Part shown: positions 29,361 through 38,867 of the stretch, piece by piece
Layout of the letters: each line of letters opens with the position of its first letter
Position numbering within the stretch: the stretch's first letter is position 1
NCBI GenBank assembly: GCA_030699125.1
Contig: JAUYKM010000007.1
Location: 5,082-69,081 of the forward strand
Direction of reading: 5' to 3'
Length of the DNA: 64,000 bases
Origin: Candidatus Daviesbacteria bacterium
Lineage (GTDB): Bacteria; Patescibacteriota; Microgenomatia; Daviesbacterales; UBA10151
Notes under the pieces: model-generated
Databases searched by the model: none
Told to the model about the DNA's origin: nothing
What the model saw: only the letters and a program-made list of their open reading frames with translations
Made by a program: the position numbers and the translations under genes

Positions 29361-30285
29361 TATATTCTCTGATAGTTTTTTGCCAGCTGTAATGTTTTTG
29401 GGTATAAATTTTCGCTTTTTGACCAAGTTTTTTCCTGATGACGGGACTTTTTAGTCTGTTTATGGCTTCAATAAATGCTTGAGGGGTTGATTCAACCAAG
29501 ATGCCATTTTTGCCATCTCTGATGACCTGGGGGATCCCATCAACATTGGATGCTACCACAGGCAGACCCATTAAAGCTGCCTCTCCACAAGCTATTCCAA
29601 ACCCCTCAAAATCACCCTCAATTGCCTGATTAGGACAAACATAAATATGAGCTGTCTGATAAAGATATGCTAACTCAGAGTTATCCACTCTACTCACTAA
29701 ATTTACCCTGGAAGTGAGTCGTAAACGCTCGATAGTTCTCTTAATAACTTCCCTTTGTGAACCCTCACCGACAATAATATAGATAAATTGAGATGATAAC
29801 TTTCTGAAAACCTTTCTAATAAACCAAACATGGCCTTTTCTTAAGACTAAATTACCTACCGTTAACAATACTATTTTCCCTCTTAAATTAGGGAAATCTA
29901 TTAAGGTGGGGGAATTAAGATGAATTGTTGAAATGCCGTTTGGAATAGTAAATAATTTGGATTTATTAATATTAAATGGTTTAAGGAGAGCTTGAGTAGC
30001 TGAAGAAACAGCAATAACAGCATCGGCTTTAGGTAGGAGGCTATGTAATATAGTTTGATATAATCTGTTAGGGTAAACTAGATCCAGTCCATGAACAGAA
30101 ACTGTCAGAGGCTTTCTATAAATTAGCTTTAAAATAAAACCTAAAGGTAGCAGTGTGGCATCACAAAGGTGGATTAAGTCCGGTTTTAAGATGGATTTGG
30201 GGAAACGGGAAGAAAGTTGGGCATAGAATCTACTTAAACCTCCATAACCCTGGCTATTTTTTCTGGAAATAAAAAGTACCTTCAC
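29326..30285 (-). CDS. family 4 glycosyltransferase (GT-B)
   Basis: MKVLFISRKNSQGYGGLSRF...GFGIACGEAALMGLPVVASNVDGIPQVI. Confidence 0.75.
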   Translation of the reverse strand: MKVLFISRKNSQGYGGLSRFYAQLSSRFPKSILKPDLIHLCDATLLPLGFILKLIYRKPLTVSVHGLDLVYPNRLYQTILHSLLPKADAVIAVSSATQALLKPFNINKSKLFTIPNGISTIHLNSPTLIDFPNLRGKIVLLTVGNLVLRKGHVWFIRKVFRKLSSQFIYIIVGEGSQREVIKRTIERLRLTSRVNLVSRVDNSELAYLYQTAHIYVCPNQAIEGDFEGFGIACGEAALMGLPVVASNVDGIPQVIRDGKNGILVESTPQAFIEAINRLKSPVIRKKLGQKAKIYTQKHYSWQKTIREYTKIFQEVVGKN

Positions 30286-30995
30286 TTTTTTAGCCTCCCG
30301 GATCCGGTAAACAGTAACATTACCAGAAACAGGTCATAAATGATCCTTAAATATTTAACTATCCCGAACTTTGATCTGCCATACAGCCTAGGCCGATGAA
30401 TAATAGGTACCTCGCTCACCTTATAACCTAACTTTTTGGCAAAAAGATTGGAAAACCTCAGTAGTGAGCCTTCTTGAGGAATATTCTCCAAAACCTCTCT
30501 TTGATAGATTTTGAAAGGGGAATTAAGATCATGAAAGCGGTGCCCATTTAAAATTGAGGCAAACTTATTTCCTAAGTTGGAAATCCATACTTTATAAAAA
30601 ATATCTTGACGTGTCTTCCTCCAGCCTGAAACTAAATCATAACCTTGGTTGAATTTAGTCAGGAGTTTGCGCATCTCATTGGGGTCATCCTGTAAATCTG
30701 AGTCAGAAGTAATGATTATTTGACCCTGGGCTGCCTCAAAACCGGCTTTGAGAGCTGCCCATTTACCCTGGGGGGAGGCAAAGGTGAGTATTTTGACGGC
30801 TGTGAAGGATTTTAAGATAGATAGGGAGGAATCGGTTGAGGCATCATTGACGGCAATTATTTCCCAGCCAGAGGCTGGTCGTCCTTTGGACGAATATTTT
30901 TTGTCTCTCATAACCTGGGTAATCTCCTCTAAAAGCTGTGGTAGAGATTCTGCCTCATTTTTTATAGGTAAAATCCAGGAATATGTCACCTTCAT
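30282..30995 (-). CDS. family 2 glycosyltransferase (dolichyl/polyprenyl-phosphate glycosyltransferase-like)
   Basis: WILPIKNEAESLPQLL...IIAVNDASTDSS...ITSDSDLQDDP. Confidence 0.75.
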   Translation of the reverse strand: MKVTYSWILPIKNEAESLPQLLEEITQVMRDKKYSSKGRPASGWEIIAVNDASTDSSLSILKSFTAVKILTFASPQGKWAALKAGFEAAQGQIIITSDSDLQDDPNEMRKLLTKFNQGYDLVSGWRKTRQDIFYKVWISNLGNKFASILNGHRFHDLNSPFKIYQREVLENIPQEGSLLRFSNLFAKKLGYKVSEVPIIHRPRLYGRSKFGIVKYLRIIYDLFLVMLLFTGSGRLKK

Positions 30996-31025
30996 AAGGG
31001 TGAATATACCATGTAAAATGGGGGA

Positions 31026-31496
31026 TTGAAAGGGAAAAAGAGATCTGTTAGGATCTTTCTATCTTTTATGGATTTTAAAGATTTAGAAACCAAAATAACC
31101 GATCCTAAGTATGCTATTCCTGCCTCGATTGTGGCTTTGGTGATTTTGGCTGCTGTGGGTTTTTTCTATTTCCAATCTCAACAAAACCAGCCAATTGATC
31201 CTAATAATCAACAGGCTGTTCAGGAAGAAAATAACAAGGTTATTGAAGAAGTGGCCAAATTAATGGATTTACCTTCGGGAGAAACGCCGCAGGTTTTGAC
31301 AGTGACCGATATAACTCAACTGCAAGGTCAGCCGTTTTTTGCCCGGGCTCAAAACGGAGATAGGGTTTTGGTCTATTCCGGAGCCCAAAAAGCCATTCTT
31401 TATGATCCTAATAATAAAAAAATCAGGGAAGTTTCTCCCATCAACCTGGCTCCTCCTTCAGCCACTGAATCTGCCATACCTTCAGCTGCTCCATAG
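31026..31496 (+). CDS. hypothetical membrane-anchored protein (156 aa)
   Basis: Single TM (IPASIVALVILAAVGFFYF) then Gln/Asn-rich soluble part. Confidence 0.4.
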   Translation: MKGKKRSVRIFLSFMDFKDLETKITDPKYAIPASIVALVILAAVGFFYFQSQQNQPIDPNNQQAVQEENNKVIEEVAKLMDLPSGETPQVLTVTDITQLQGQPFFARAQNGDRVLVYSGAQKAILYDPNNKKIREVSPINLAPPSATESAIPSAAP

Positions 31497-31593
31497 ATAA
31501 ACTCACTATTGTAAATTATGACAAGGGGTGTAAAATAAATTTGGCAGGAAGTTTATTAGGTTTATCTTACCTTCTGCTAAAGGAATTATTTTT

Positions 31594-32493
31594 GTGCGTA
31601 ACATCTTACTCTTACGAGTGGTAGTGGCGATCATTTTTGGGGCTTTTGCCATACTTTTTTCAGAGCTGATACCTCCACTCTCCAATATTGACCCCCGATT
31701 ACTTAAGGTATTTGTAACTCTGGCGGCAGCAGCAGTAGGTTTTCTGGTCTTTCCCGACATTGCCGGATATATTAGAAAAGTCTCCCTCACCTTGTTTAAT
31801 TTTATAGTACACAGAGTCTCATCAGAGGTGATGAATCAGATATTAAAGCTGCCCAGAGGTCACTTTCCCTTTGGTCAAAGTCCACAGGTAGGATCAGTGG
31901 CTATCACGAGACCGCAAATTTTGGATACTTCAGCCATTATTGACGGCAGGATACTGGATATTGCCAAAACAGGATTTATCTCAGGTCTGGTACTAATACC
32001 TCAGTTTGTTTTGGGCGAGCTGCAGCAGGTAGCTGACAGTGCAGATGATCTAAAAAGAGCCCGCGGCAGACGCGGGTTTGAGGTTATTGAAGATTTGAAA
32101 AAAATCAAAGGAGTGAGGGTGGAAGTATGGGATAAGGATCAAAATGGTAAAACAGTGGATGATAAACTGCTTAATCTGGCCAAAGCCACTCATGGCAAAG
32201 TCATCACCACAGATTATAATTTAAACAGAGTAGCCTCAGTTTCCAATATCAATGTATTGAATGTTAATGATTTGTCCAATGCTGTTAAAACCAATGCTAT
32301 ACCAGGAGAGAAGATGGATCTGAAAATTATGCATATCGGTAAAGATCCCTCCCAGGGAGTGGGGTATTTAGAAGATGGGACGATGATTGTGGTCTCAGAT
32401 GCAGCAGATCAAATTGGCAAAACCTTGAAGATAGAGGTCACCAAAAGCCTGCAAATACCGGCCGGCAGGATGATATTTGGGAAGAAGATTTGA
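31594..32493 (+). CDS. PIN + TRAM domain membrane protein (YacL-like)
   Basis: N-terminal TM segments; PIN core (ILDTSAIIDGRILDIAKTGFISGLVLIPQFVLGELQ); C-terminal TRAM-like beta-barrel (GKTLKIEVTKSLQIPAGRMIFGK). Confidence 0.7.
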   Translation: MRNILLLRVVVAIIFGAFAILFSELIPPLSNIDPRLLKVFVTLAAAAVGFLVFPDIAGYIRKVSLTLFNFIVHRVSSEVMNQILKLPRGHFPFGQSPQVGSVAITRPQILDTSAIIDGRILDIAKTGFISGLVLIPQFVLGELQQVADSADDLKRARGRRGFEVIEDLKKIKGVRVEVWDKDQNGKTVDDKLLNLAKATHGKVITTDYNLNRVASVSNINVLNVNDLSNAVKTNAIPGEKMDLKIMHIGKDPSQGVGYLEDGTMIVVSDAADQIGKTLKIEVTKSLQIPAGRMIFGKKI

Positions 32494-32532
32494 CATTTAA
32501 GACCTATAGTTATATAATGGGACTCTTAATAT

Positions 32533-33501
32533 ATGGGAATTGAAATTAGCCGTACTAGAGGGTCCTTATTTGAGAGTCTTGCTAAAAAAGGAGCAAGATT
32601 TCTAATAACGAAAACACCTAACTTGGTTTTTGCCACAGCAGCTGTTTTCTCAGGAAGTGTTCCTAAAGATGCAAAGGCAGTGGATGATCTTGATCTTATT
32701 TTCCCGACCCCTATTGTAGAACAACTAAATCTTAATAGATATAACTCATTAGAGTTGCCTATTCTCAATCCAGATGGAACTCGTAAACAGATTAGACAAT
32801 TAGAACAAAACTATAACTCTGAAGCGGTTTACAGCACTAGACAAGCTTGGACAACTCGCCTTTGGTGGCCAATTTTTGAATCAAAAGCCCTAAGTGATGG
32901 TTTACCTAGGATAGCTGACGATTGGTGGCCAGCTCATGTGTATGACATTACTACAGGTGGAATACATAACGTACAAGGTCAGGCTTGGGAAAAGGCAAGA
33001 AATATTATGGAGCAACATCCGGAATCAGAAAGTTTTGCCGGATATTGTCCTTGGGTGGCTATTGTACAGGCAACAGAGGAACAACCTGTGGCTTTTCCAG
33101 GAGAAAATTTGGCAGGTGAGACAGATCCTGAACGTATTATACAGCTTAAAGAAGGACTTTTAGTAATTAAACATGCGGGGGATATTTTAGTACCGGTGCC
33201 GACAACTACTGAAACCTTTGCAGCTATTATACAGAATGGTTTTACTATGATTGTAGATATGCCTGTTGGCAAAGTAGGTCAATGGTTTAGATCAGTTAAT
33301 GGAATAGAAGGCAATCAATTGATTGTTACAAATTTTGGTTACCCTGATATAAAACTACCAATTGATGGGGTAGTATCTGCCTATATTGTTTATCCAGCTG
33401 ATAGTACTGAGAATTTCGCACCAGGTATTAAAGATACAACATCATTTTGGAGATACAATATTGATAGAGCTCATATTAATGAATTAGTTTACGGGCAGTA
33501 A
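32533..33501 (+). CDS. hypothetical protein (322 aa), Trp-rich, no recognised domain
   Basis: Long ORF with locally higher GC than its neighbours; no motif recognised. Confidence 0.5.
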   Translation: MGIEISRTRGSLFESLAKKGARFLITKTPNLVFATAAVFSGSVPKDAKAVDDLDLIFPTPIVEQLNLNRYNSLELPILNPDGTRKQIRQLEQNYNSEAVYSTRQAWTTRLWWPIFESKALSDGLPRIADDWWPAHVYDITTGGIHNVQGQAWEKARNIMEQHPESESFAGYCPWVAIVQATEEQPVAFPGENLAGETDPERIIQLKEGLLVIKHAGDILVPVPTTTETFAAIIQNGFTMIVDMPVGKVGQWFRSVNGIEGNQLIVTNFGYPDIKLPIDGVVSAYIVYPADSTENFAPGIKDTTSFWRYNIDRAHINELVYGQ

Positions 33502-33694
33502 AAACTTTTCCACAATTCCAAATTTCTTGTTAATATCCAAAAGTATAGCATAAGTTTAGCAAGTTATAACAGCCTAAAATTACTGCCATAGCCTCTAAAC
33601 AAAACTACAGGTCTGCCATAAATTCTCCTAAATTATCCTATGGGTTTTATAAAACTTGACAAATAGTTTTTATTCTGATAAAGTCAAATTTGTC

Positions 33695-33835
33695 ATGATT
33701 ATGGCAAAATTTGTAAACAGCTGGAAAAGGTTTAAAAAGGTCAGAAGAGTCAAAGGTGTAGATGATGTGACAGAACAAGTTAAAAAGGTTCTAGAGGATA
33801 GGGACCAGCAATTAATATTGATGGTTCGTAACTAA
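33695..33835 (+). CDS. small basic protein (46 aa), unannotated short ORF with its own promoter-like dyad and a strong terminator
   Basis: ATG 33695 ... TAA 33833 (MIMAKFVNSWKRFKKVRRVKGVDDVTEQVKKVLEDRDQQLILMVRN); upstream TTGACAAAT/ATTTGTCA dyad; terminator 4 nt downstream. Confidence 0.3.
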   Translation: MIMAKFVNSWKRFKKVRRVKGVDDVTEQVKKVLEDRDQQLILMVRN

Positions 33836-33839
33836 AAAA

Positions 33840-33877
33840 GGAAAGTGCGAAGCAGACGGACGCACTTTCCTTTTTTG
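33840..33877 (+). terminator. Rho-independent terminator
   Basis: GGAAAGTGCG-aagcagacgga-CGCACTTTCC followed by TTTTTTG. Confidence 0.8.
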
Positions 33878-34304
33878 TACTTTAAAAATTGGAATTTATT
33901 TGGAACTTGTGATTTAGGATTTGGAATTTCTTTTTTTACCCAAAGGGTAAAAAAAGAGCATTACTACCGCAGACGGACTCGAATAGCAATGCCCTTTTTA
34001 TTAATTTCGAAAACAACTTCAAGAGCAGTTAGAAGTTGTTTTCTTACTTTACATTAGAGTAAATTTAAGGGGGTTGTCAAGACCCCAAAATAGCTTCAAT
34101 TTTAAAAAATTGGATACAATATGCCCTCAAAAAGAGGGGTTTGGAGAAAGGTTTGTGGTGTTCTATATTGGGAGCTGATCTAGGGCAGGGATCAGTTCCC
34201 AATAAAGGACAGCACTTTAAACAAATTAACATATAGTAATCACGATTAAATAGGGGACTTGACCCATTCGGCAAGCTCAGGGTCTGCGGGGCCTAGTTGA
34301 CCCC

Positions 34305-34333
34305 TTGACAAGGACTAGAACCTATAGTATAAT
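34305..34333 (+). promoter_or_regulatory. consensus sigma70 promoter TTGACA-17-TATAAT upstream of the LPXTG protein gene
   Basis: TTGACA 34305-34310, 17-nt spacer, TATAAT 34328-34333, 20 nt before the ATG at 34354. Confidence 0.7.
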
Positions 34334-34353
34334 ACTCCACATAAAATAGCTAT

Positions 34354-35577
34354 ATGAATAATATGCCATTACAAAAAATATTTTTTTCAATTTTTTCCAG
34401 ATACCTTTTAATAGGTATTTCTGCTATGGTCTTACTTTTAGGTGGACAGCAGCTGGTTAATGGAGACCTCTTACAAAGAGGACCGGAATTGGCCTTTGCC
34501 CAAAGTATTGGAGAATGTATTGACGGTAAAACCTATCTTGGAGGAGGAGTATATGTTCCAGGATGTGAGGATAACACGGATGCCGGCCAACCTGGACAAC
34601 CCGGGCAACCTGCAGTAGAAGCTTGTCCAAAAATTGATGTGGTCAGAACAGAACAAGATTGTGTAGGGGATAAATGGTGTACATTTAATGTCTGGCAAGG
34701 ACCCGCAGGAGATGGAAGCTGCACCTATGGTAGAGGCGGAGCTTATGGTTGTCAACTTATTGCCGGAAAATGTGGGTATAACCCTGCTCCTCAACCAGTA
34801 GCACCTCAGCCTGTGGTAACAACTACCCAGCTTCCTGAGTGTCCAAAGCCAGGTCAATCCGGAACTCAGCAAATTTGTGGCGGACAATGGGCTTATGATG
34901 TTTGTACCATCACCGAGAGATTTTCCGATGGCACTCCTGCCAAATACAGATGCAGTTATTCTCAAAATGCTAACTGCGTAGGTACATATTCCTGTCCTGC
35001 TCCGGCTCCGGTGGTAACTACCCAGGCTTGTCAGATTAAAACTGTTAAAACAGAACAAACTTGTATTGGAGCACAACTTTGTACTTTTAATTTCCAGCAA
35101 CAGTCAGATTGTTCTGTGGTTAAAAAAGGCCCATTTAATTGTTTTGAATCAACTCAATGTCGAGCAGTGGTTCAGCCTCCGGTAGTGGTTACCCCGGTGG
35201 TACCTATTGCCCAGGGAGCTGGTCCTGTTAGTGTGACTAACAACAATAACAATACCAACAATAATTCTAATACAAACAATAACAATATATCTGTTAATGC
35301 ATCAGGGGCGAGAGAAACTGTTCGGGAAGTGCAAACTGTGACAGCAGCTGCACCTACTGTGGTTTATGCTCAACAGCCAGCAGTTGCCGGTGTGCAAGTG
35401 AAAGAATTACCTAAAACAGGTTTACCAGTTGCAGCCTGGGCTGCTTTAGCCTTTATCCCTGCCGGATTCAGAATGAGAAAATTCAGAAAAGTTCAAGGTG
35501 AGCTGGAAAATTCACCAGTTTACATTTGGGAAAAAAGAGAGTATGATGCCAACACCTATAGTCATGAGCAGATTTAA
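34354..35577 (+). CDS. secreted Cys-rich repeat protein with LPXTG sortase anchor
   Basis: Signal/TM (LLIGISAMVLLLGG); two Cys-rich repeats (CPKIDVVRTEQDCVGDKWCTFNVWQG / CQIKTVKTEQTCIGAQLCTFNF); Asn-rich tract; LPKTG + hydrophobic stretch + RMRKFRK. Confidence 0.65.
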   Translation: MNNMPLQKIFFSIFSRYLLIGISAMVLLLGGQQLVNGDLLQRGPELAFAQSIGECIDGKTYLGGGVYVPGCEDNTDAGQPGQPGQPAVEACPKIDVVRTEQDCVGDKWCTFNVWQGPAGDGSCTYGRGGAYGCQLIAGKCGYNPAPQPVAPQPVVTTTQLPECPKPGQSGTQQICGGQWAYDVCTITERFSDGTPAKYRCSYSQNANCVGTYSCPAPAPVVTTQACQIKTVKTEQTCIGAQLCTFNFQQQSDCSVVKKGPFNCFESTQCRAVVQPPVVVTPVVPIAQGAGPVSVTNNNNNTNNNSNTNNNNISVNASGARETVREVQTVTAAAPTVVYAQQPAVAGVQVKELPKTGLPVAAWAALAFIPAGFRMRKFRKVQGELENSPVYIWEKREYDANTYSHEQI

Positions 35578-36685
35578 GCAGACGATATTTTGGAAAAAAT
35601 TCACCAAGATCCTGCTCTTCCTATTATCTCTTTATGTTATTTTTGCCGCTTTTAACTATGATTCTGTTAAAGTAGCAGCTCAAAGTTGTCAGCCGCCCAC
35701 AGCAGCTCCCACTAACCTTTCACCTAATGGCCAAACCTTTTCAGCTGGTACTAATTCAGCAACTCTTTCCTGGAGTCCAGTTGATCGGGCCACTTATTAT
35801 GCAGTTAATGTGATGGAAGGTACCATTTGGACTGTTTATAGCAGTAACAATTTAGCAGCCACCAGCATCAATATTAGCGGACTAAAGAATGGTTCCAGCT
35901 ATAGATGGTTTGTCAGGTCATTTAACGAATGTGGCAGCGGTGGGCTGGGGGCGGCCACATTTTCAGTTGCCTCAGGAGCGGTTGATCAGACTTATAATAT
36001 AAGTTGCTCTATTACCCAACAGCTTCAGAATTCATATTCCACCTCCACACCTTATAGCTATCTTTTAACTGGTCATGCCAGCTCAACTGCTGGAAACATT
36101 GTCTCTTATGAATGGGATTTGACCAACAATGGTTCTATTGATGCTTCTGGTCAATCTATTCAGCAAAACTATTTTGCTGATACAACTGCCAGACTGCAGG
36201 TAAAAGATTCAGCAGGGAATATCACCAGTTGTACTACTTTTATTGATGTCCCCAGCTCAACTGGAACTGTTTGTAGTCAAGATACTCTTCGATGTTCTGA
36301 TGGTTCCTATGTGAGTAGAAATCCTAATAATAACTGCAATTTTTATGCTTGTCCGACTCAGCAATTTTGTAGATCTATTTCCTGCTCGCAAGCTCCTTCT
36401 GGTTGTTATTACTCAGGACGAATAACTTATTCTTGTGACTCAAATGTGTCTTTAACTTGTGGAACTCTAATTTGTCAGCCTTCTGTGACGCCTGTCCAGC
36501 CAGTAGTCTATCCTCAAAGGGTGATCTATCCTCAGCCGGTGGTTTATCCTCAATCAGTTATACAGCCAATCTATCCTACACCTTTTACTCCTGCACCAAG
36601 TATTGATATTAATAACATTAATAACAATAACAACAACAATAACAATAACAATAATAATAACAATAATATTTCGATTAATATTTAA
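35543..36685 (+). CDS. secreted FN3-like / Cys-rich protein with C-terminal poly-Asn tail (start taken at MMPTP...)
   Basis: Signal-anchor KILLFLLSLYVIFAAF; TAAPTNLSPNGQTFSAGTNSATLSWSPVDRATYYAVNV (fibronectin type III-like); many Cys; NNINNNNNNNNNNNNNNN. Confidence 0.5.
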   Translation: MMPTPIVMSRFKQTIFWKKFTKILLFLLSLYVIFAAFNYDSVKVAAQSCQPPTAAPTNLSPNGQTFSAGTNSATLSWSPVDRATYYAVNVMEGTIWTVYSSNNLAATSINISGLKNGSSYRWFVRSFNECGSGGLGAATFSVASGAVDQTYNISCSITQQLQNSYSTSTPYSYLLTGHASSTAGNIVSYEWDLTNNGSIDASGQSIQQNYFADTTARLQVKDSAGNITSCTTFIDVPSSTGTVCSQDTLRCSDGSYVSRNPNNNCNFYACPTQQFCRSISCSQAPSGCYYSGRITYSCDSNVSLTCGTLICQPSVTPVQPVVYPQRVIYPQPVVYPQSVIQPIYPTPFTPAPSIDINNINNNNNNNNNNNNNNNNISINI

Positions 36686-36782
36686 TTCTTGACAGAATAG
36701 AGATTATATGGTTTACTAAGGATGTAAGCCTCCGTATAAGAAAATTTTCAGTTTACAATTTAAAAATAAGAACTAGCCTATC

Positions 36783-38189
36783 ATGCCTCGAGTAACAAAA
36801 TCATTTAAACCTAAAGAAGAGCCTATTAAAGCTGAAGAAACTTCAGTCCCGATTGAATCGGGATCGGTGGAGCAGTTAGTGGGAGAAGGACTGGACAATA
36901 CAGACGATGGACGATCGAAGATAGAAGATGGTAATTTGAAGATAGAAAATGGAGGATCGAATGAGAACAATCCACCTTCTAAGTTCTATCCTCAAAGATC
37001 TACTTTCTATTCTCCATCATCTACCGTCCGCAACAGCTACCCCGACCGTGAACGCGATGTCCCCACAGAAAATGTGTCCGGAGTTTTGGATGTCATGCCG
37101 GAAGGCCATGGTTTCCTACGACCTAAATATATACCTTCTGATATAGACGTATATATTTCTGCCAGCCAGATCAGAAGATTTCACTTGCGCCCTGGTGATT
37201 TTGTAGAAGGAGCAGCCCGTCCTCCGAAAGAAACAGAGAGATATTTTGGACTACTTCAGGTTAATAAAATTAATGGCGAAGATGCGGACAAACTAATGGG
37301 AGAAGATGGGCGGCCCAAAAAAAGGCTCCGATTTGAGGATTTAACCGCCATTTATCCTAATAAACATCTTAAATTGGAAACAGGTAAGGAACCGCTTTCT
37401 CAAAGAGTGATGGATCTGGTGGCTCCAATTGGTTTTGGTCAGAGAGGTTTGATTGTCTCATCCCCTAAAGCAGGTAAAACTACCATCTTAAAAGATATAG
37501 CCACCGGCGTTGCCAAAAATCACCCCGATGTAGTTTTAATGGCAGTTTTGGTGGGTGAACGTCCTGAGGAGGTCACAGATATCTCTAGGTCAATTAAAGG
37601 CGATGTGATTGCCTCAAACTTTGATGAACCGGCGGAAGCCCAGACTGCAGCTGCCGAGATTGCCCTGGAGAGGGCCAAGAGACTGGTGGAGCAAGGTAAA
37701 GATGTAGTCATTCTTTTGGATTCTGTTACCAGATTAGGTAGAGCTTATAATTTATCCGTGCCTCCTTCCGGAAGAACTTTATCCGGGGGTTTTGATCCAA
37801 TAGCTTTATATCCTCCCAAGCATTTTTTTGGAGCTGCCAGAAATTGCGAGGAAGGCGGCTCATTAACTATTATTGGTACAGCTTTGGTGGATACCGGATC
37901 CAGAATGGATGATTTAATCTATGAGGAGTTTAAAGGCACCGGCAATATGGAGCTGCACCTGGATAGAAGAATTGCTGAGAGACGGGTTTTCCCGGCCATT
38001 GATATTGAAGCATCAGGCACCAGACAGGAACAACTATTATTTAAGGAAGATTATTATAAACAGATGATCATCATGAGGCGGATGATTGGCATATTGGGTG
38101 AGAATGAAAGAACAGAAATATTTTTAGAAAGGCTTAAAAAAACTGATTCCAATGAGGATTTTTTAAAGACACTAAAGGACATAAAATAA
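36783..38189 (+). CDS. rho: transcription termination factor Rho (with N-terminal insertion domain)
   Basis: Q-loop/RNA-binding and ATPase motifs: [22 protein letters not shown] (Walker A), [18 protein letters not shown]-loop region, C-terminal [14 protein letters not shown]. Confidence 0.9.
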   Translation: MPRVTKSFKPKEEPIKAEETSVPIESGSVEQLVGEGLDNTDDGRSKIEDGNLKIENGGSNENNPPSKFYPQRSTFYSPSSTVRNSYPDRERDVPTENVSGVLDVMPEGHGFLRPKYIPSDIDVYISASQIRRFHLRPGDFVEGAARPPKETERYFGLLQVNKINGEDADKLMGEDGRPKKRLRFEDLTAIYPNKHLKLETGKEPLSQRVMDLVAPIGFGQRGLIVSSPKAGKTTILKDIATGVAKNHPDVVLMAVLVGERPEEVTDISRSIKGDVIASNFDEPAEAQTAAAEIALERAKRLVEQGKDVVILLDSVTRLGRAYNLSVPPSGRTLSGGFDPIALYPPKHFFGAARNCEEGGSLTIIGTALVDTGSRMDDLIYEEFKGTGNMELHLDRRIAERRVFPAIDIEASGTRQEQLLFKEDYYKQMIIMRRMIGILGENERTEIFLERLKKTDSNEDFLKTLKDIK

Positions 38190-38315
38190 TTTCAGATTTT
38201 TCGATACTCATTGACATACGGTTGATACTCAATAGATATTCATTGTATTGACAATGTATTTCCATGTATATCCATGCATGTCTACTGTATATCTATTTTG
38301 TGCTATCATAATTCT

Positions 38316-38822
38316 ATGTCCTCAAAAGGCTTTACCCTGATTGAAATTCTGGTTACTGTAGTAATTCTTGCGGTACTGATGAGTGTGGGGATAATTTTTT
38401 ATCAGCAAGCCATAGTCCAAAGTAGAGATGATAAAAGAAAACAAGATTTAAATCAGATTGCCCAGGCTCTGGAACTTTATTACCAGGTTAATAAAACATA
38501 TCCCGGCACTGCGGGACAGTGGAGAAATTCCTCTCAGTCTAATTGGATTCCGGATCTTATTCCAACTTTTATTGAATCTTTACCGGAAGATCCTCAGGAT
38601 CAGATAGGCAAAACTTATTTTTATCATGTAAATGATATAGTAGAATGCCCTAATTTATCAGATGGCCAGTTTTATATCCTGATGGCTTTACTTGAGAAAG
38701 AAGATGACCCGGATAGACTGGAAGTTAAGGATACGCGCTATTGCGATGGAATCTCAGTAACCTCTTCCTTGGATTTGACCTTGCCCACTTATTCCCAGGC
38801 ATATATTCTAACCACACCCTAA
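38316..38822 (+). CDS. type IV pilin-like / pseudopilin (prepilin N-terminal methylation motif)
   Basis: MSSKGFTLIEILVTVVILAVLMSVGIIFY = G|FTLIE class III signal peptide. Confidence 0.65.
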   Translation: MSSKGFTLIEILVTVVILAVLMSVGIIFYQQAIVQSRDDKRKQDLNQIAQALELYYQVNKTYPGTAGQWRNSSQSNWIPDLIPTFIESLPEDPQDQIGKTYFYHVNDIVECPNLSDGQFYILMALLEKEDDPDRLEVKDTRYCDGISVTSSLDLTLPTYSQAYILTTP

Positions 38823-38867
38823 TTTTCACTTGACCAATCTGCTACAATATTGGCTTAAAAACTTCTC

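Noticed and set aside
30748-31029. Plus-strand 93-aa ORF
   Set aside because: It is antisense within the GT2 gene 30282..30995.
31506-31790. Minus-strand 94-aa ORF
   Set aside because: It overlaps the start of the PIN-TRAM gene in antisense.
34077-34274. Minus-strand 65-aa ORF and plus-strand 33845..34057 ORF in the non-coding region
   Set aside because: They overlap perfect hairpins and a terminator and have Cys/Leu-rich nonsense composition. The region is treated as structured non-coding DNA.
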